Origin: Candidatus Magasanikiibacteriota bacterium
GTDB taxonomy: Bacteria > Patescibacteriota > Patescibacteriia > Magasanikbacterales > GWA2-37-8
Length of the DNA stretch: 64,000 bases
Direction: 5' to 3'
NCBI GenBank assembly: GCA_023246655.1
Contig: JAHFHX010000002.1
Coordinates: forward strand, 31,693 to 95,692
Shown here: positions 52,191 through 63,300 of the stretch, in pieces
Position numbering within the stretch: the first letter of the stretch is position 1
How the letters are laid out: every line of letters starts with the position of its first letter
Position numbers and translations under genes: made by a program
Notes under the pieces: model-generated
Seen by the model: the letters and a program-made list of their open reading frames with translations, nothing else
What the model was told of the DNA's origin: nothing
The model's database searches: none

Positions 52191-53180
52191 CTAACTGCGT
52201 TTTTTTAATTTATCAAAAAATGGGAAATAATGTTTTTCCAAAATCGTAAATACCCATTCATAAAATTCTTCAATTATATTTTTACCACTTGGCCCATTAA
52301 TTGCTAAGGCAGGGCAGCCGGTGGTAACGTCATGCTGAAAAGCCGATGCTTTCAAGGCGGCGAGAACATCTTTATTAATATGAAGTGCAAATGTTGGATG
52401 ACCCTGCCGATCGGTGGTGGTTAAATGAAACTGCCTAAAATCATACTCTTGTCTTTGCTGTTTATCTCGCACCAACATTGTTTCTAACTTTATAAACGTA
52501 TTAATAAACATTGACGCCATTATAATGATCATCCGTCGGCTTTCCAACATTATCGCCCTGGCTTCAGCTGCACTAATGGTTTGTGGATGAAATGCTTCCC
52601 GATATACAGCGGGTATAACCTTGGCAATACCAAGCACTACATTGGTTGCAGTACCAATGCCATTAAATATATGCTCGGCAGGCGAATCAGTTGTACTACC
52701 AGCCAAGTTCCGTTCTCTAATAAAATCCATTAAAGCACCGAATTGTTTGTTTCTTAGAACCTCGTTGCCAGGTACATCAGGTTGAACTGATTGAGATAAT
52801 GATTGCTCACGCTTATGTTGCCAGTTTTGTATTTTCTCTAGCAAAAAATTGTTAATGTCGCCCTCTATTTCTGCTAGAATGTCTTCGGGATACTTTTTAT
52901 CTTCAAAGTCTGCATCTGTCGCTGCGGTGAATATCAGCCCTTGTCCTTCGACAATTCTGCGTACTGGTAATGCCCCGTTATGTTCTCTTATCCACGGTGC
53001 AACTTCTTGCTGCCAGGCTTCGGCTATAAAAATAGCGGTCAAAGCCATAAAGTCGCTTTTATTATCAGCTACCTCAGCACCAGCTGCAAGTTCGTGTACC
53101 CGTGTCCGCAAATTTACTTGGGAACCAATTTCTTTTGTATGAAGAAGACTTCTAATTGTGTCCATACTGTTTGAATTCAT
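52191..53180 (-). CDS. Hypothetical protein (C-terminal TGCPA motif)
   Basis: 329-aa ORF. Confidence 0.65.
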   Translation of the reverse strand: MNSNSMDTIRSLLHTKEIGSQVNLRTRVHELAAGAEVADNKSDFMALTAIFIAEAWQQEVAPWIREHNGALPVRRIVEGQGLIFTAATDADFEDKKYPEDILAEIEGDINNFLLEKIQNWQHKREQSLSQSVQPDVPGNEVLRNKQFGALMDFIRERNLAGSTTDSPAEHIFNGIGTATNVVLGIAKVIPAVYREAFHPQTISAAEARAIMLESRRMIIIMASMFINTFIKLETMLVRDKQQRQEYDFRQFHLTTTDRQGHPTFALHINKDVLAALKASAFQHDVTTGCPALAINGPSGKNIIEEFYEWVFTILEKHYFPFFDKLKKRS

Positions 53181-53318
53181 TGCTCATAGTCTAAAGACAA
53201 TAGGAATAATTGTCAACTATCTTAAATTTAAAAAAATCAAACCTATGCTTGCTTTAAATCTTGTTTTATTTTACAATACTCTCAATACAAAATTTTTTTA
53301 AATTAACCACCCACCACT

Positions 53319-55212
53319 ATGGCTGAAGGACGACCGAGAGTTTTTTCGGACATTCCGCGTTGGGCAACCGATGATGTCGAGGAACAAGAAAAATTTTTTC
53401 CCGATGAACCAGCACTTGAAGGCCCGCCAAAAAGTGCCGAGGAATCTTTATTTTTATCGATCCCGGAATTAAGCTATGCTGCTGATATTGTGGTAGCCCT
53501 GAATGCCGCCGAGGGAGCCGCAGAAAAAGCAGCTGTTATCCACCGAACCGTTCAGGATTTTCTAGAAGATCCGCGCCGATTAAGCGATTTTTTTGATGCG
53601 GTTAAGACCTTGCAGGATAGTAAGAAATATCATGGTGCAAAACGAGCGGCAGGCGATATAAAGAAAGCCCTACCTGATGCTTTGTTCGAAACCTTTCCGC
53701 CTTCAACTGCTGCGCTGGAACGCTGGATTACGCTGTATGCCGAGAGTGATGTATACCAAGGGACAGCTGAAAAAATTCTCCATAAGGCAATGGATGCCTG
53801 TGGCAATGTGGAGGCAATGGCGACACTGTGTTATGAATTAGCTTTAGCTGGCCTTAGAAGCAGTAATGACAAGGTGGTTAAAAAGACTTTACAAATTTTA
53901 GGACAATTAACACCAGCGCTTCCCGCTGCCTCAAAAGCAGCAGTTTTATTTGAGTTGGCTAAATTGTCTCCTCATGAAAGCACGTTCTTAAAATTACGAG
54001 AAATTGACGCAGCAGTAGCTGATGTCAGTGCACGCAAAGACCCTAGCATGCGAGGGCGGATAGATGCAGCGGTGGGCAGAACGCAGCGACACCCTGATTA
54101 TAGAACAGAAGTGCAAAAGTTAACAACAACTAACCCTACGTGGGTAGCGGGTATACGTGCTTTTCAGAAAATGCTCGTACGGGGTCCGGCAGAAATGGCA
54201 ACAAAAATTCAAGCAATGCACGACACCTTGAGTGCCGGAGAGGCCTCTGCAGAAGTTGCTGCCGCGATGGATTCACCAGCTGCGCCAGTGCTTGAAGCCT
54301 TGGCTCGGCGTTCTGGACCTCTTAAACGATGGCATGATGATTTATTAGCTGAGTCGCTCCAGACAGAGGGAGTACAGGTGGTTAGCCTCCACTTACCAAA
54401 TTTACACGGTATAATTCCGGCAGAACGTAGAACTTGTTGCTGCTACTATTATTGATTCCTTAGAGAGCACACCAGAAGAAGGTGCTGCCCCTTTGCGTGA
54501 AGCGGGTTACTGGCGAACACTTGGGCACCTTGTGCCTGAAGCAATGGTAGACCCAGACAAAGCCCGCGAAATACGTGACCAACTCCGTTTGGATAATGAG
54601 CGACTCATCCAAGAAATGCGTGATGACTCAATTCATTTTCTGAGTCCGCGTGGTGACCAGATTGATTTTTCTGACCCCATCCTTGCGGACCTGGGATTTA
54701 AAGGCATAACTTTTGAAATGGACCCACGGAACCGTCGTGACACCATTGTTAGTTTAAATGTTGGGAATTTTACTTACCAAGCAGTGCTGGATGAATATTT
54801 TGCTTTGCGTGAAACTGGCCCCGAAGGACGTAGTGTTGTTTTACCAGATGATGGTGAACTATTGCGAAATATTCTCTTAAGCCATCTACATGCCATCCGT
54901 TGCACCGACACAGTTAAAGATACGGAAGCAGCTTTGCCTGGCGAATCAGGGGAACGATCTTTTCGTGGTCGTCGCGCTCATCGACGTATTTTGGCAGAAG
55001 GCTATTCCCCTACCCGTGCCCAAATACTTCTCATTTTAAGAGACTACGATATTGATTTAAACCGTTGGAATGAAGAACGTGCTCGACAAGGAAAAGAGAG
55101 AAGGGTTACCTATGTTAAAGAATCTGAGGCAGATACTAACCAGGGTGCTCCGGTACGCTCGGTAGCTCCGCAAGCCACTAATAAGCTGCGCGCAATTTTA
55201 ACAGCAACTTGA
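53319..55212 (+). pseudogene. Large hypothetical protein, probably one gene split by a frameshift near 54420
   Basis: ORF1 ends RRTCCCYYY*; second frame is open from 54415 (VELVAATIIDSLES...) with no convincing start. Confidence 0.6.
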
Positions 55213-55395
55213 ATGGGTTCGGAATAATGAAGGCTGCTACCAACAAACACAGAAAAAACAAAACCACCCGTGTCTCCTACATGAGTATCCAAATACTTAG
55301 ATACTCATGTAGGGTGTGGGTGGTTTTGTTAAACCAGCGCTGCTGACAACGCGGGTGTAGGCAGTTGCTTGCTAAGCTCTCTGGTCCTTTGGACC

Positions 55396-55773
55396 TCAAT
55401 TGCCTCCGCCTCCTTCCTGGCGCCACACCTCGTAGCGCTCCCAGCGGGCGGCCGACATCACCTCGGGCTCGTGCTCCGAGGTTTCCGGGAACTCGCCGGC
55501 CGTGAGCATCTCGAGGGTGGGCTCGAGCTCCTGCTCGAACCGATAGCGGGTGGCCAGCTCCCGCAGCTGACTGAGCGAAAAGAGGATGCACGCTCCCAGC
55601 GGGGCCCGGGTATGGGCCGCACCGACGATGAGCGGCTCTCCGCCTTCCCCGGTTGCCACCACCTGTCCGCTCCACAGGCCGCGGAAGATGGCAACAACTA
55701 CCTCGGAGCCGTTGATGACTACCCAATCAACGGCGCAGACCGTTTCCCAATGCGACGGGATTTTGCCCTGCAT
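55396..55773 (-). CDS. GC-rich hypothetical protein
   Basis: AAAGGAG SD before ATG; GCAAGCAAC downstream. Confidence 0.6.
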   Translation of the reverse strand: MQGKIPSHWETVCAVDWVVINGSEVVVAIFRGLWSGQVVATGEGGEPLIVGAAHTRAPLGACILFSLSQLRELATRYRFEQELEPTLEMLTAGEFPETSEHEPEVMSAARWERYEVWRQEGGGGN

Positions 55774-55944
55774 CGTGGTCTCCTTTCTCCCGAACAATGC
55801 GGGTATAAGGTAGTAGACCATGTTTTAACTCTCTGGTCAAACTGCTATGACCCAATTTAGGAATCACAATTATCTTGCTTTTTATCGGTAAATTTTGTAG
55901 AATGGGATCTTGGAGAAGTTCGTAATACATTATTTGTTTTCACT

Positions 55945-56769
55945 ATGGATTCAGAAGATAAGCGGCGTGCTGCCGAGGCGGCGGCGGAGCAGGAAAATGC
56001 CAAACGTTCGGTTGAGTTAAATCGCGCCGCGCTGGTAGCTTTATTTGCCGAACGACCGAGTATATTTATACGAGCAGTTGATACGGCAAATAGTACTCGT
56101 GGGCAAGTGCAGTTACTCTCTAACAATTCCTTGGTCTTTATTGCTGAAAATGGCGGCACAACCGACATCGCCAACGCTCCACCTGATCGGTTTATTTTAA
56201 CCTCTGATTCTTACAAGTTGATCGATCCTAGATTCAGGCAACAAGAAGCAAACCTGGTAGAAGACAAATTTCCAAACCCTCTCCTGCAAAAACGACCAGG
56301 ACCCGAACTTGTAGAATTATGGGAGGCCGGAGAAGATTTTTCAGTAGCTGGAATTCTTACTGGACCTCCAGCAGCTGAAGGCCGGGAACGAAAACGGCCG
56401 CGGGATATCTTTCAGCAGGAGCTTACGGCAGCCTTTAGAGCGGGAATTGGGAGGTGGTCGTCATCGAAAAAATCCTATTCACTTTCTTGCTCCGATCCCC
56501 ACCATCTTGCCCGATTGGCGGAAAAAGCTAACCTCACTGTTGTTAGAATTCCAATCTCACAATTTGGTGAAATAGAATTCCTTACTGATGGCAATTACTT
56601 TATTGGAAATGCTCTTGATAGATCCGGACGCAATGATATTCGGCACATACTTAGCCAACATGATTCTACAAGAATCCGTGGCGGAATTGGTGGTTTAGTT
56701 TTTGATTTTCACAACGATCGTCTTATTGTGGTAAATGGTGAAAAAGCTTTAGAATTACAACAGAAGTAG
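55945..56769 (+). CDS. Hypothetical protein
   Basis: 274-aa ORF. Confidence 0.65.
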   Translation: MDSEDKRRAAEAAAEQENAKRSVELNRAALVALFAERPSIFIRAVDTANSTRGQVQLLSNNSLVFIAENGGTTDIANAPPDRFILTSDSYKLIDPRFRQQEANLVEDKFPNPLLQKRPGPELVELWEAGEDFSVAGILTGPPAAEGRERKRPRDIFQQELTAAFRAGIGRWSSSKKSYSLSCSDPHHLARLAEKANLTVVRIPISQFGEIEFLTDGNYFIGNALDRSGRNDIRHILSQHDSTRIRGGIGGLVFDFHNDRLIVVNGEKALELQQK

Positions 56770-56837
56770 ACAATTAAATTGCAGATTGACTTTACTTTTC
56801 TTTTTAGATATCATTCTGGCTAACCGAAATACTATAC

Positions 56838-56911
56838 GTCAGGGTAGCTCAGACGGTTAGAGCGTAGCATTCATAACGCTAAGGTCGAGGGTTCAACTCC
56901 CTCCCCTGACA
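56838..56911 (+). tRNA. tRNA with CAT anticodon (elongator Met, or Ile2)
   Basis: GTCAGGG/CCCTGAC acceptor stem, TT-CAT-AA loop, GGTTCAACTCC T-arm. Confidence 0.92.
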
Positions 56912-57002
56912 CACGGACGACGCCCAACTTTCGGCGTTGTGGACAACCAATTTGACCGGAATTTATACATAATATAAAATTAATTTAGTTCTTTCACAGT
57001 TT

Positions 57003-57107
57003 ACTATCATGAGCGGTGCGAGGGAATCGGCCCTAAGACCACCCAGCAACCCCAGCTAAGTTTGGGGTGCTAATTCCGACCCTAAAAATAGGATAGGGAA
57101 AGATACG
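57003..57107 (+). ncRNA. SAM-I (S-box) riboswitch aptamer
   Basis: TATCATGAG..GAGGGAATCGGCCC..GA..CAGCAACC..GGTGCTAATTCC..GAAAGATA matches S-box consensus. Confidence 0.85.
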
Positions 57108-57139
57108 TCCCAATGCAGCTGTTGGAAATTGGCTTACAT

Positions 57140-57186
57140 AAAGGCTCGTAACTCTTCCATCATTTTGGGGTTAGGAGCCTTTTTTG
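57140..57186 (+). terminator. Intrinsic terminator after the SAM-I aptamer
   Basis: AAAGGCTC.TAACTC...GGGTTA.GAGCCTTTTTT. Confidence 0.75.
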
Positions 57187-57304
57187 TTTTTAGCGAAAGA
57201 TATAGCACAGTAAATTGGCCGGACGATTGAATGACTTACTATAAGTTATACAACCGTCCGGGCAAAGCTGTTCAACCAAGCCCCGGATAGGATGGAGACC
57301 AGCG

Positions 57305-57496
57305 ATGGTCAGGCGTACCCCCGAGGAGATCGATAAGATCTCCGCCCCCAGCCTCAATTACAACCGCTTCACCACGGAGGAGGATGCCCGGCGCAATCGC
57401 GCCCGGCTCCCGCCGGACCATCCGCTCTATGAGCCCCTCCCGCCTGATGAGGCGTTGCGGGCTCTCTCCCCCACCCGCCCCCGCGCTTGCGCCTAG
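57305..57496 (+). CDS. GC-rich small Pro/Arg-rich protein
   Basis: GGAG SD before ATG. Confidence 0.45.
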   Translation: MVRRTPEEIDKISAPSLNYNRFTTEEDARRNRARLPPDHPLYEPLPPDEALRALSPTRPRACA

Positions 57497-57734
57497 CACC
57501 CCCAACCCTACTCTTGCGTTCCAAACTCGTAGGAGAGGCCGAGACGAGACCGCATCCCAGCTTATGTATTTAAATTTTTAAATACATAAGCTGCGGTCTC
57601 GTTAATTGGGCGCTCTACATCTGCCTACATAAGGCATTTTTTGTTTGCAAAAAAAAGATAAATCATGTAACGTGGAACACATGGCGTGTAAACTTACCGA
57701 CAGGTTCCACGTTTCACCTTATACGCTACATAAT

Positions 57735-58937
57735 ATGCTCGTTCTCGGTATCGAATCCTCTTGTGATGACACTTCCGTTGCCCTCGTCGACTGCTCCGAT
57801 CGAGGTCATGTTATTATTGCGGAAAAAATGGCGTCACAAATTGATATCCACACAAAATATGGCGGCGTAGTGCCAGAAATTGCCGGCCGGATGCATGCGG
57901 AAAAAATTGTGCCGCTCATTGAGGAGGTGATGAACGAGGGAAATAAGGAAATAAAGAAACAAGGAAATAGTGAGACAGTGGATAAACTAATTCATCCCGA
58001 CGTCATCGCTGTCACCGCCGGGCCGGGGCTCATCACGGGGCTCATTGTTGGGGTGGAGGCAGCGCGGACATTGTCGTATGCTTGGAATATCCCTCTGATT
58101 GCAGTGAACCATATTGAAGGACACATCCACAGCGTGGAAATTTCAAATAACAAATTCCAAATATCTTCCTTTCAATCAGGAAATGCAAATAAAATCCAAA
58201 ATCCAAAATCCAAAAACGATTCGTCTGCTCCCTACTCCCTACTCCCTACTCCCTTAATTGACTTCCCTGCCCTTTGCCTCGTAGTGAGTGGTGGTCACAC
58301 GGAATTAATTTCGATGAAAGATCATGGCGACTACAAAATTCTGGGGAGCACTAAAGATGATGCAGCAGGAGAATGTTTTGATAAGGTGGCTAAGTTACTA
58401 GGTCTCCCCTACCCTGGTGGACCGCAAATTTCACGGCTGGCAATGAGCGGGCGCACTGATGCGATTAATTTTCCGCGACCGATGCTTAAAGAAAAAAATT
58501 TTGATTTTAGTTTCGCTGGACTCAAAACTGCTGCCCTTTATTGGCTACGTGATAATGCGCAAACAGATTCTTCCACCTACCACCTACCACCTACCGGCCT
58601 AGCAGATTTCTGTGCTAGTTTTGAACAAGCTATTGTCGATGTATTAGTTGGTAAAGCCCTGCGCGCAGCTGAGGAAATTAAACCCAAAACGATTATCCTT
58701 GCCGGCGGCGTCGCCGCGAATAAAAAACTTCGCGAAACTCTCGGAGCACATATTCAATATCGTAATTCGGACGAACAGCCGTTTGCCCCTATAATCTACC
58801 TCTTACCAACTACCTCCTACGCCATGGACAACGGCGCAATGATTGCGGTGGCTGGATACTATCATGCCATCAAAAAAGAATTTACTGATTGGGATAAAAT
58901 TACGGTTGATCCAAATTGGAAAATAGAAAAATTATAA
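57735..58937 (+). CDS. tsaD: tRNA N6-adenosine threonylcarbamoyltransferase TsaD with short tandem-repeat inserts
   Basis: LGIESSCDDT, NHIEGH, VSGGHT, GECFDK, DNGAMIA. Confidence 0.97.
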   Translation: MLVLGIESSCDDTSVALVDCSDRGHVIIAEKMASQIDIHTKYGGVVPEIAGRMHAEKIVPLIEEVMNEGNKEIKKQGNSETVDKLIHPDVIAVTAGPGLITGLIVGVEAARTLSYAWNIPLIAVNHIEGHIHSVEISNNKFQISSFQSGNANKIQNPKSKNDSSAPYSLLPTPLIDFPALCLVVSGGHTELISMKDHGDYKILGSTKDDAAGECFDKVAKLLGLPYPGGPQISRLAMSGRTDAINFPRPMLKEKNFDFSFAGLKTAALYWLRDNAQTDSSTYHLPPTGLADFCASFEQAIVDVLVGKALRAAEEIKPKTIILAGGVAANKKLRETLGAHIQYRNSDEQPFAPIIYLLPTTSYAMDNGAMIAVAGYYHAIKKEFTDWDKITVDPNWKIEKL

Positions 58938-58954
58938 TTTATAAACTATAACGT

Positions 58955-59899
58955 ATGGATCTCAAAATTTTTTCCGCCTCAAGCCATCCAGAATTTGCCG
59001 AGGCAATTTGTCGCCATCTTAACTTATCGCTCGGCCACGCGCATAGCCAGGTATTTAGCAATGATAACCGTTTTGTAACGATTAATGAACCGGTTCGGGG
59101 GGCAGATGTATTTATCGTTCAAACAAGCTCGGCTCCGGTTGATAGTAATTTAGTTGAACTTTTAATGTATATTCGAACCCTTCGTGATGCTTCGGCCGGG
59201 CGAATTACCGCGGTGCTCCCCTACTTTCCTTATGTCCGTTCCGACAAAAAAGATCAGCCGCGCGTTTGCATTGCAGCGCGCTTAACGGCGGATTTACTAC
59301 AGACTGCGGGTGCAGATCGGGTGCTTACTATGGACCTCCACTCACCTCAAATTCAAGGTTTCTTTTCTATTCCTTGTGATCATCTGCTCGCGAGTCCCAC
59401 GATTATTAAATACCTCAAAGCGCATTGGAACTTAGAAAACTATGTACTGGTTGCCGGAGATGCCGGGGCAGCAAAAATGCTTAAAATTTATGCCGATGCT
59501 TTAGAACTCCCCGTAGCCATTATGGATAAACGCCGCGAAGGCAATAATGAAAAACCAACTATCAAAGGAGTAATTGGTGACGTGCATGGTAAAAAAGTAC
59601 TTCTCATTGATGATGAAGCCTCAAGTGGGCGTACGCTTATGCGTGACGTAGAATTTTTACTTGAAAAGGCCGAAGCGGTAAGCGCTGACGCCTGCATTGT
59701 GCATGCGGTACTCGGGGATGAAGCCGTGACAGCACTAAATACCTCTGCAATCAACCGTTTTGTTATTACCAACACTTTGCCGACCAATACAAAACCGCTG
59801 AAAAATAAAGAAGTAGTGGATGTAAGTCAGCTTTTTGCCGAGTGTATCCGTCGAATCCATGCCAATGAATCAATTAAGAGTTTAAATGATGTGGCGTAA
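58955..59899 (+). CDS. prs: Ribose-phosphate pyrophosphokinase
   Basis: PYFPYVRSDKK, DLHSPQIQGFF, LIDDEASSG. Confidence 0.96.
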   Translation: MDLKIFSASSHPEFAEAICRHLNLSLGHAHSQVFSNDNRFVTINEPVRGADVFIVQTSSAPVDSNLVELLMYIRTLRDASAGRITAVLPYFPYVRSDKKDQPRVCIAARLTADLLQTAGADRVLTMDLHSPQIQGFFSIPCDHLLASPTIIKYLKAHWNLENYVLVAGDAGAAKMLKIYADALELPVAIMDKRREGNNEKPTIKGVIGDVHGKKVLLIDDEASSGRTLMRDVEFLLEKAEAVSADACIVHAVLGDEAVTALNTSAINRFVITNTLPTNTKPLKNKEVVDVSQLFAECIRRIHANESIKSLNDVA

Positions 59900-59953
59900 T
59901 AATACTTCATGCTTTTATTACAGTTTCTGCACATAATGAGAGGGGCGTGGCCG

Positions 59954-60385
59954 TTATTTGGAATTGGTAAACAATTTAAATCCGCGCACCCAATCATGGT
60001 GGTCTAAAAAAGCAAGGAGCACGCGCTGTTGCACACTTTCTAATATATCTTCATCATTGATTCGTATTTGCGCATCAGACATACCAGCGTGTCGCCTTGT
60101 TTCCGAATACAGCAACTTTCTTACGCATTCAAGAGTGTTAGCCTCCAACCGACTCCCCCAAATATTTGCTACATACCGTTCAAAATCCAGGTAACTGTTC
60201 AAAAACGCGGCCTGGTCGAGTTCTTGCTCGGTAATGTCTGGTTTAATCATTTCAAAAATTTTTTCGGCCAATTGCCTCCGTTCTTCCTGGCGCTTTTCCT
60301 CTTCCTGGCGTTTTTGCTTCCCGGCCTGGCTTACTGCGCTTTTTTCTTCAAACATATCCAGTGGGGTACCACGGTATCGTTTCAT
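59954..60385 (-). CDS. Hypothetical protein coupled to dnaE
   Basis: 143-aa ORF overlapping the dnaE stop region. Confidence 0.55.
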   Translation of the reverse strand: MKRYRGTPLDMFEEKSAVSQAGKQKRQEEEKRQEERRQLAEKIFEMIKPDITEQELDQAAFLNSYLDFERYVANIWGSRLEANTLECVRKLLYSETRRHAGMSDAQIRINDEDILESVQQRVLLAFLDHHDWVRGFKLFTNSK

Positions 60386-63300
60386 AATAATGAATTTAAA
60401 GCTGCCCTGACTTTGTCGGGGTCATTTATTTTATAGGTGGTTTTAATTCTCTTTTCTCCAACCTTAAGATATACTGTTTTGTCTCCTGGAGAGTTTCTTA
60501 AAATTTCTTTAATTGCTTCAGCTTTGGTTTTCATCTGTTCTGGCGACAAATTGATTTCAAAATTATTAGTATTTAATTTTTCTGCCACCTCTGGAGCAAC
60601 AAAATTGCGCAATGAACTCCCCCCATTATTAATAGCCAGCTGCTGCACCAAAAGCGGTAAGGTGTCTTTGCTTACAGTGTACGCTTTCTCCACAAATAAT
60701 TTATCATCGCCCTCATCTTCGGAGGTTTTACCTATTACGCAAACTGGTTTGCCTTCCACCCAAACCTCTTTGGTGGCTTCATAGGTGCGGGGAAATACCA
60801 AGAGTTCTAAGCTCGCGGTGGTATCCTGGATGGTGACAAACATCATAGGCTGACTGCTGCGAGTAATTTTCTTTTTGGTACTTTCAATGACACCGCCCAC
60901 TACTACCCACTGACCGCGCCCCTGGGCCCCGAGTTCGGTGATGGGAGTGAGGACAGAATGCAATAACTTTTGATATTCGGCAAACGGGTGGGCCGTGACA
61001 TAGAGACCAAGCAATTCCTTTTCCCACGCCATTTTCTCTTCAGAAGATGCTGGTGGGGCAGCGGTGAGTCGCACGGCATTGCTAAAGCCAACAGCAGTCC
61101 CTGCAAAAAGCGATGCTTGTTTGGTAGTAATTTCCTCGTGGTGACCTTTAATAAACGAAAGCAAATTATCTATATTAAAAAGTAATATTCCCCGATCATA
61201 CCCCAAGCTATCCATGGCGCCACATTTAATTAAACTCTCCAGTGATTTTTTATTAAGATCTTTATCCTGAACACGACTGAGAAAATTCTCTAAATTTGTA
61301 TACCGGCCATGTTCTTTGCGCTCACGATACATAACTTCAGCAATATGTTCCCCAAGATTTTTAATGCCATTGAGACCGAAGCGGATGTGGGCGCCGTTGG
61401 ACGAAATCTCCCTCTGATCTCTTCCTTCACTCCGCTCAGGATGGGCTCTTTGCGAAGGAGAGGCGGCGATGTTCTCCCTCGCCTCCGCAGACCGTAGGCC
61501 CTCCGAGGAGGGTGAGAGGGTGGGGGGAGAGGTCTCGCTCGCCACCATCGCAAAATTTTTAAAACTCTCATTGACATCTGGTGGCAGCACTTTAATTCCC
61601 ATCCGTTCACACTCATGAATAATCGGTGGTACCTTATCCACATCGCCACTTTCGGCAATTAAGACTGCCGTCATGTACTGAATGGGGAAATTAGCTTTCA
61701 AATACGCGGTTTGATACGCCACCACGCCATAGCTCGCCGCGTGGGCTTTGTTAAAACCATACGCCGCAAATGGTTCAATGAGCTCCCACAACCGATGGAT
61801 CTTTAATTCCGAAATTTTACCGTGTTCTTTGCAGCCTTTAAAAAATTTCTCTTTTTGTTTTGCCATCTCAGCCGGAATTTTTTTACCCATGGCTTTGCGA
61901 AATTTATCAGCCTCTTCCCAATTATAACCCGCGAGCTGAATGGCAGTAAGGAGCACATCATCTTGGTATACAATAAGTCCAAGCGACTGATCAAGATAGT
62001 CTTTCATACGGGGATCCAGATACTCAATGAGCTCAGGATGATTTTTACGGCGAATATATTCGGGGATTTGCTCCATAGGCCCCGGACGAAACAGAGCTAC
62101 CATGGCCATAATATCAAAAATAGTGGTAGGCTTAAGTTCTTTAAGATAGCGCGTCATGCCTGAGCCAGCTAATTGGAATACCCCTACGGTTTCCCCGCGT
62201 GCCAGCATGTCGTATGTTTTTTTGTCATCCCAGGGCTGTAAATTATGAATATCAACTTTCTGCCCCGTAGTTTTTTCCACAATCTCCACCGCATGCCCCA
62301 AAATTGAAAGGTTTCTGATGCCTAAAAAATCCATTTTTAATAGCCCGGCTGCTTCCACCGCATGCATTTCATATTGTGTCACAATTTTTTCTCCCCCACT
62401 TTCAAACTGTACGGGTGTAAAATCCGTAAAGGCGGTTGGAGCAATCACCACTCCGGCGGCGTGGATGGAGGTATGACGAGCGCACCCTTCTATCTTTTGA
62501 GCCAAATCAATGAGGCGCTTCACCTGAGGATTTTTTGTATATAATGCTTTTAGATCAGGTTCCAGATCCAGCGCCTTAGCAATGGTCATTTGAAACCCCT
62601 GCGCACCAAACGGAATCATTTTGGAAACCTGGTCACAAAATGAATAACTATACCCCAAGGCCCGGCCCACATCACGGATACTACCCCGGGCAGCCATGGT
62701 ACCAAAGGTTATAATTTGCGCTACTTTATCGGCACCATATTTTTGTGTCACATACGCAATCATTTCATCACGGCGGTCGTCGGCAAAATCAGCATCAATA
62801 TCTGGGGGGCTTGGTCGAAATGGATTAAGAAAACGTTCAAAAGGCAACTTAAAGTGAAGCGGATTAACACTCGTGATTCCCATGGCATAGGAGACAATGG
62901 AACCAGCCCCAGAACCACGCGTGGTTTCAATAATACTGTGGGTGCGAGCGTAATTTACATAATCCGCCACGACCAAAAAGTACGATGAATAACCTTTTTT
63001 GACAATGGTATCAAGTTCGTATTCCACGCGTTTAATTACTTCCTCGGTCATCTCGGTTAAAAGGGGCAGACGGTGGTAAACCTCGTGCCGAAGATACTCA
63101 TCGGCGGTTTGACCAGCGGGAATTTCAATCGCCGGAAAATGCCATTTATTTAATTTAAGTTTTAAATCAATACGCTCCGCAATTTTTACTGTATTTTCCA
63201 GCGCCTCGGGTAGATGTTTAAACCGGGCAGCGATTTCCGCGCCACTCGCCAAAGAATAATCAACTTCTGCCATGGTCGGACGGTTTGGTTCATCTACCGT

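Noticed and set aside
52052-56911. tRNA-integrated prophage or island
   Set aside because: No integrase, phage genes or duplicated tRNA 3' end seen.
61400-61535. Intein in DnaE
   Set aside because: Too short, lacks splice-junction residues and matches the family B repeat.
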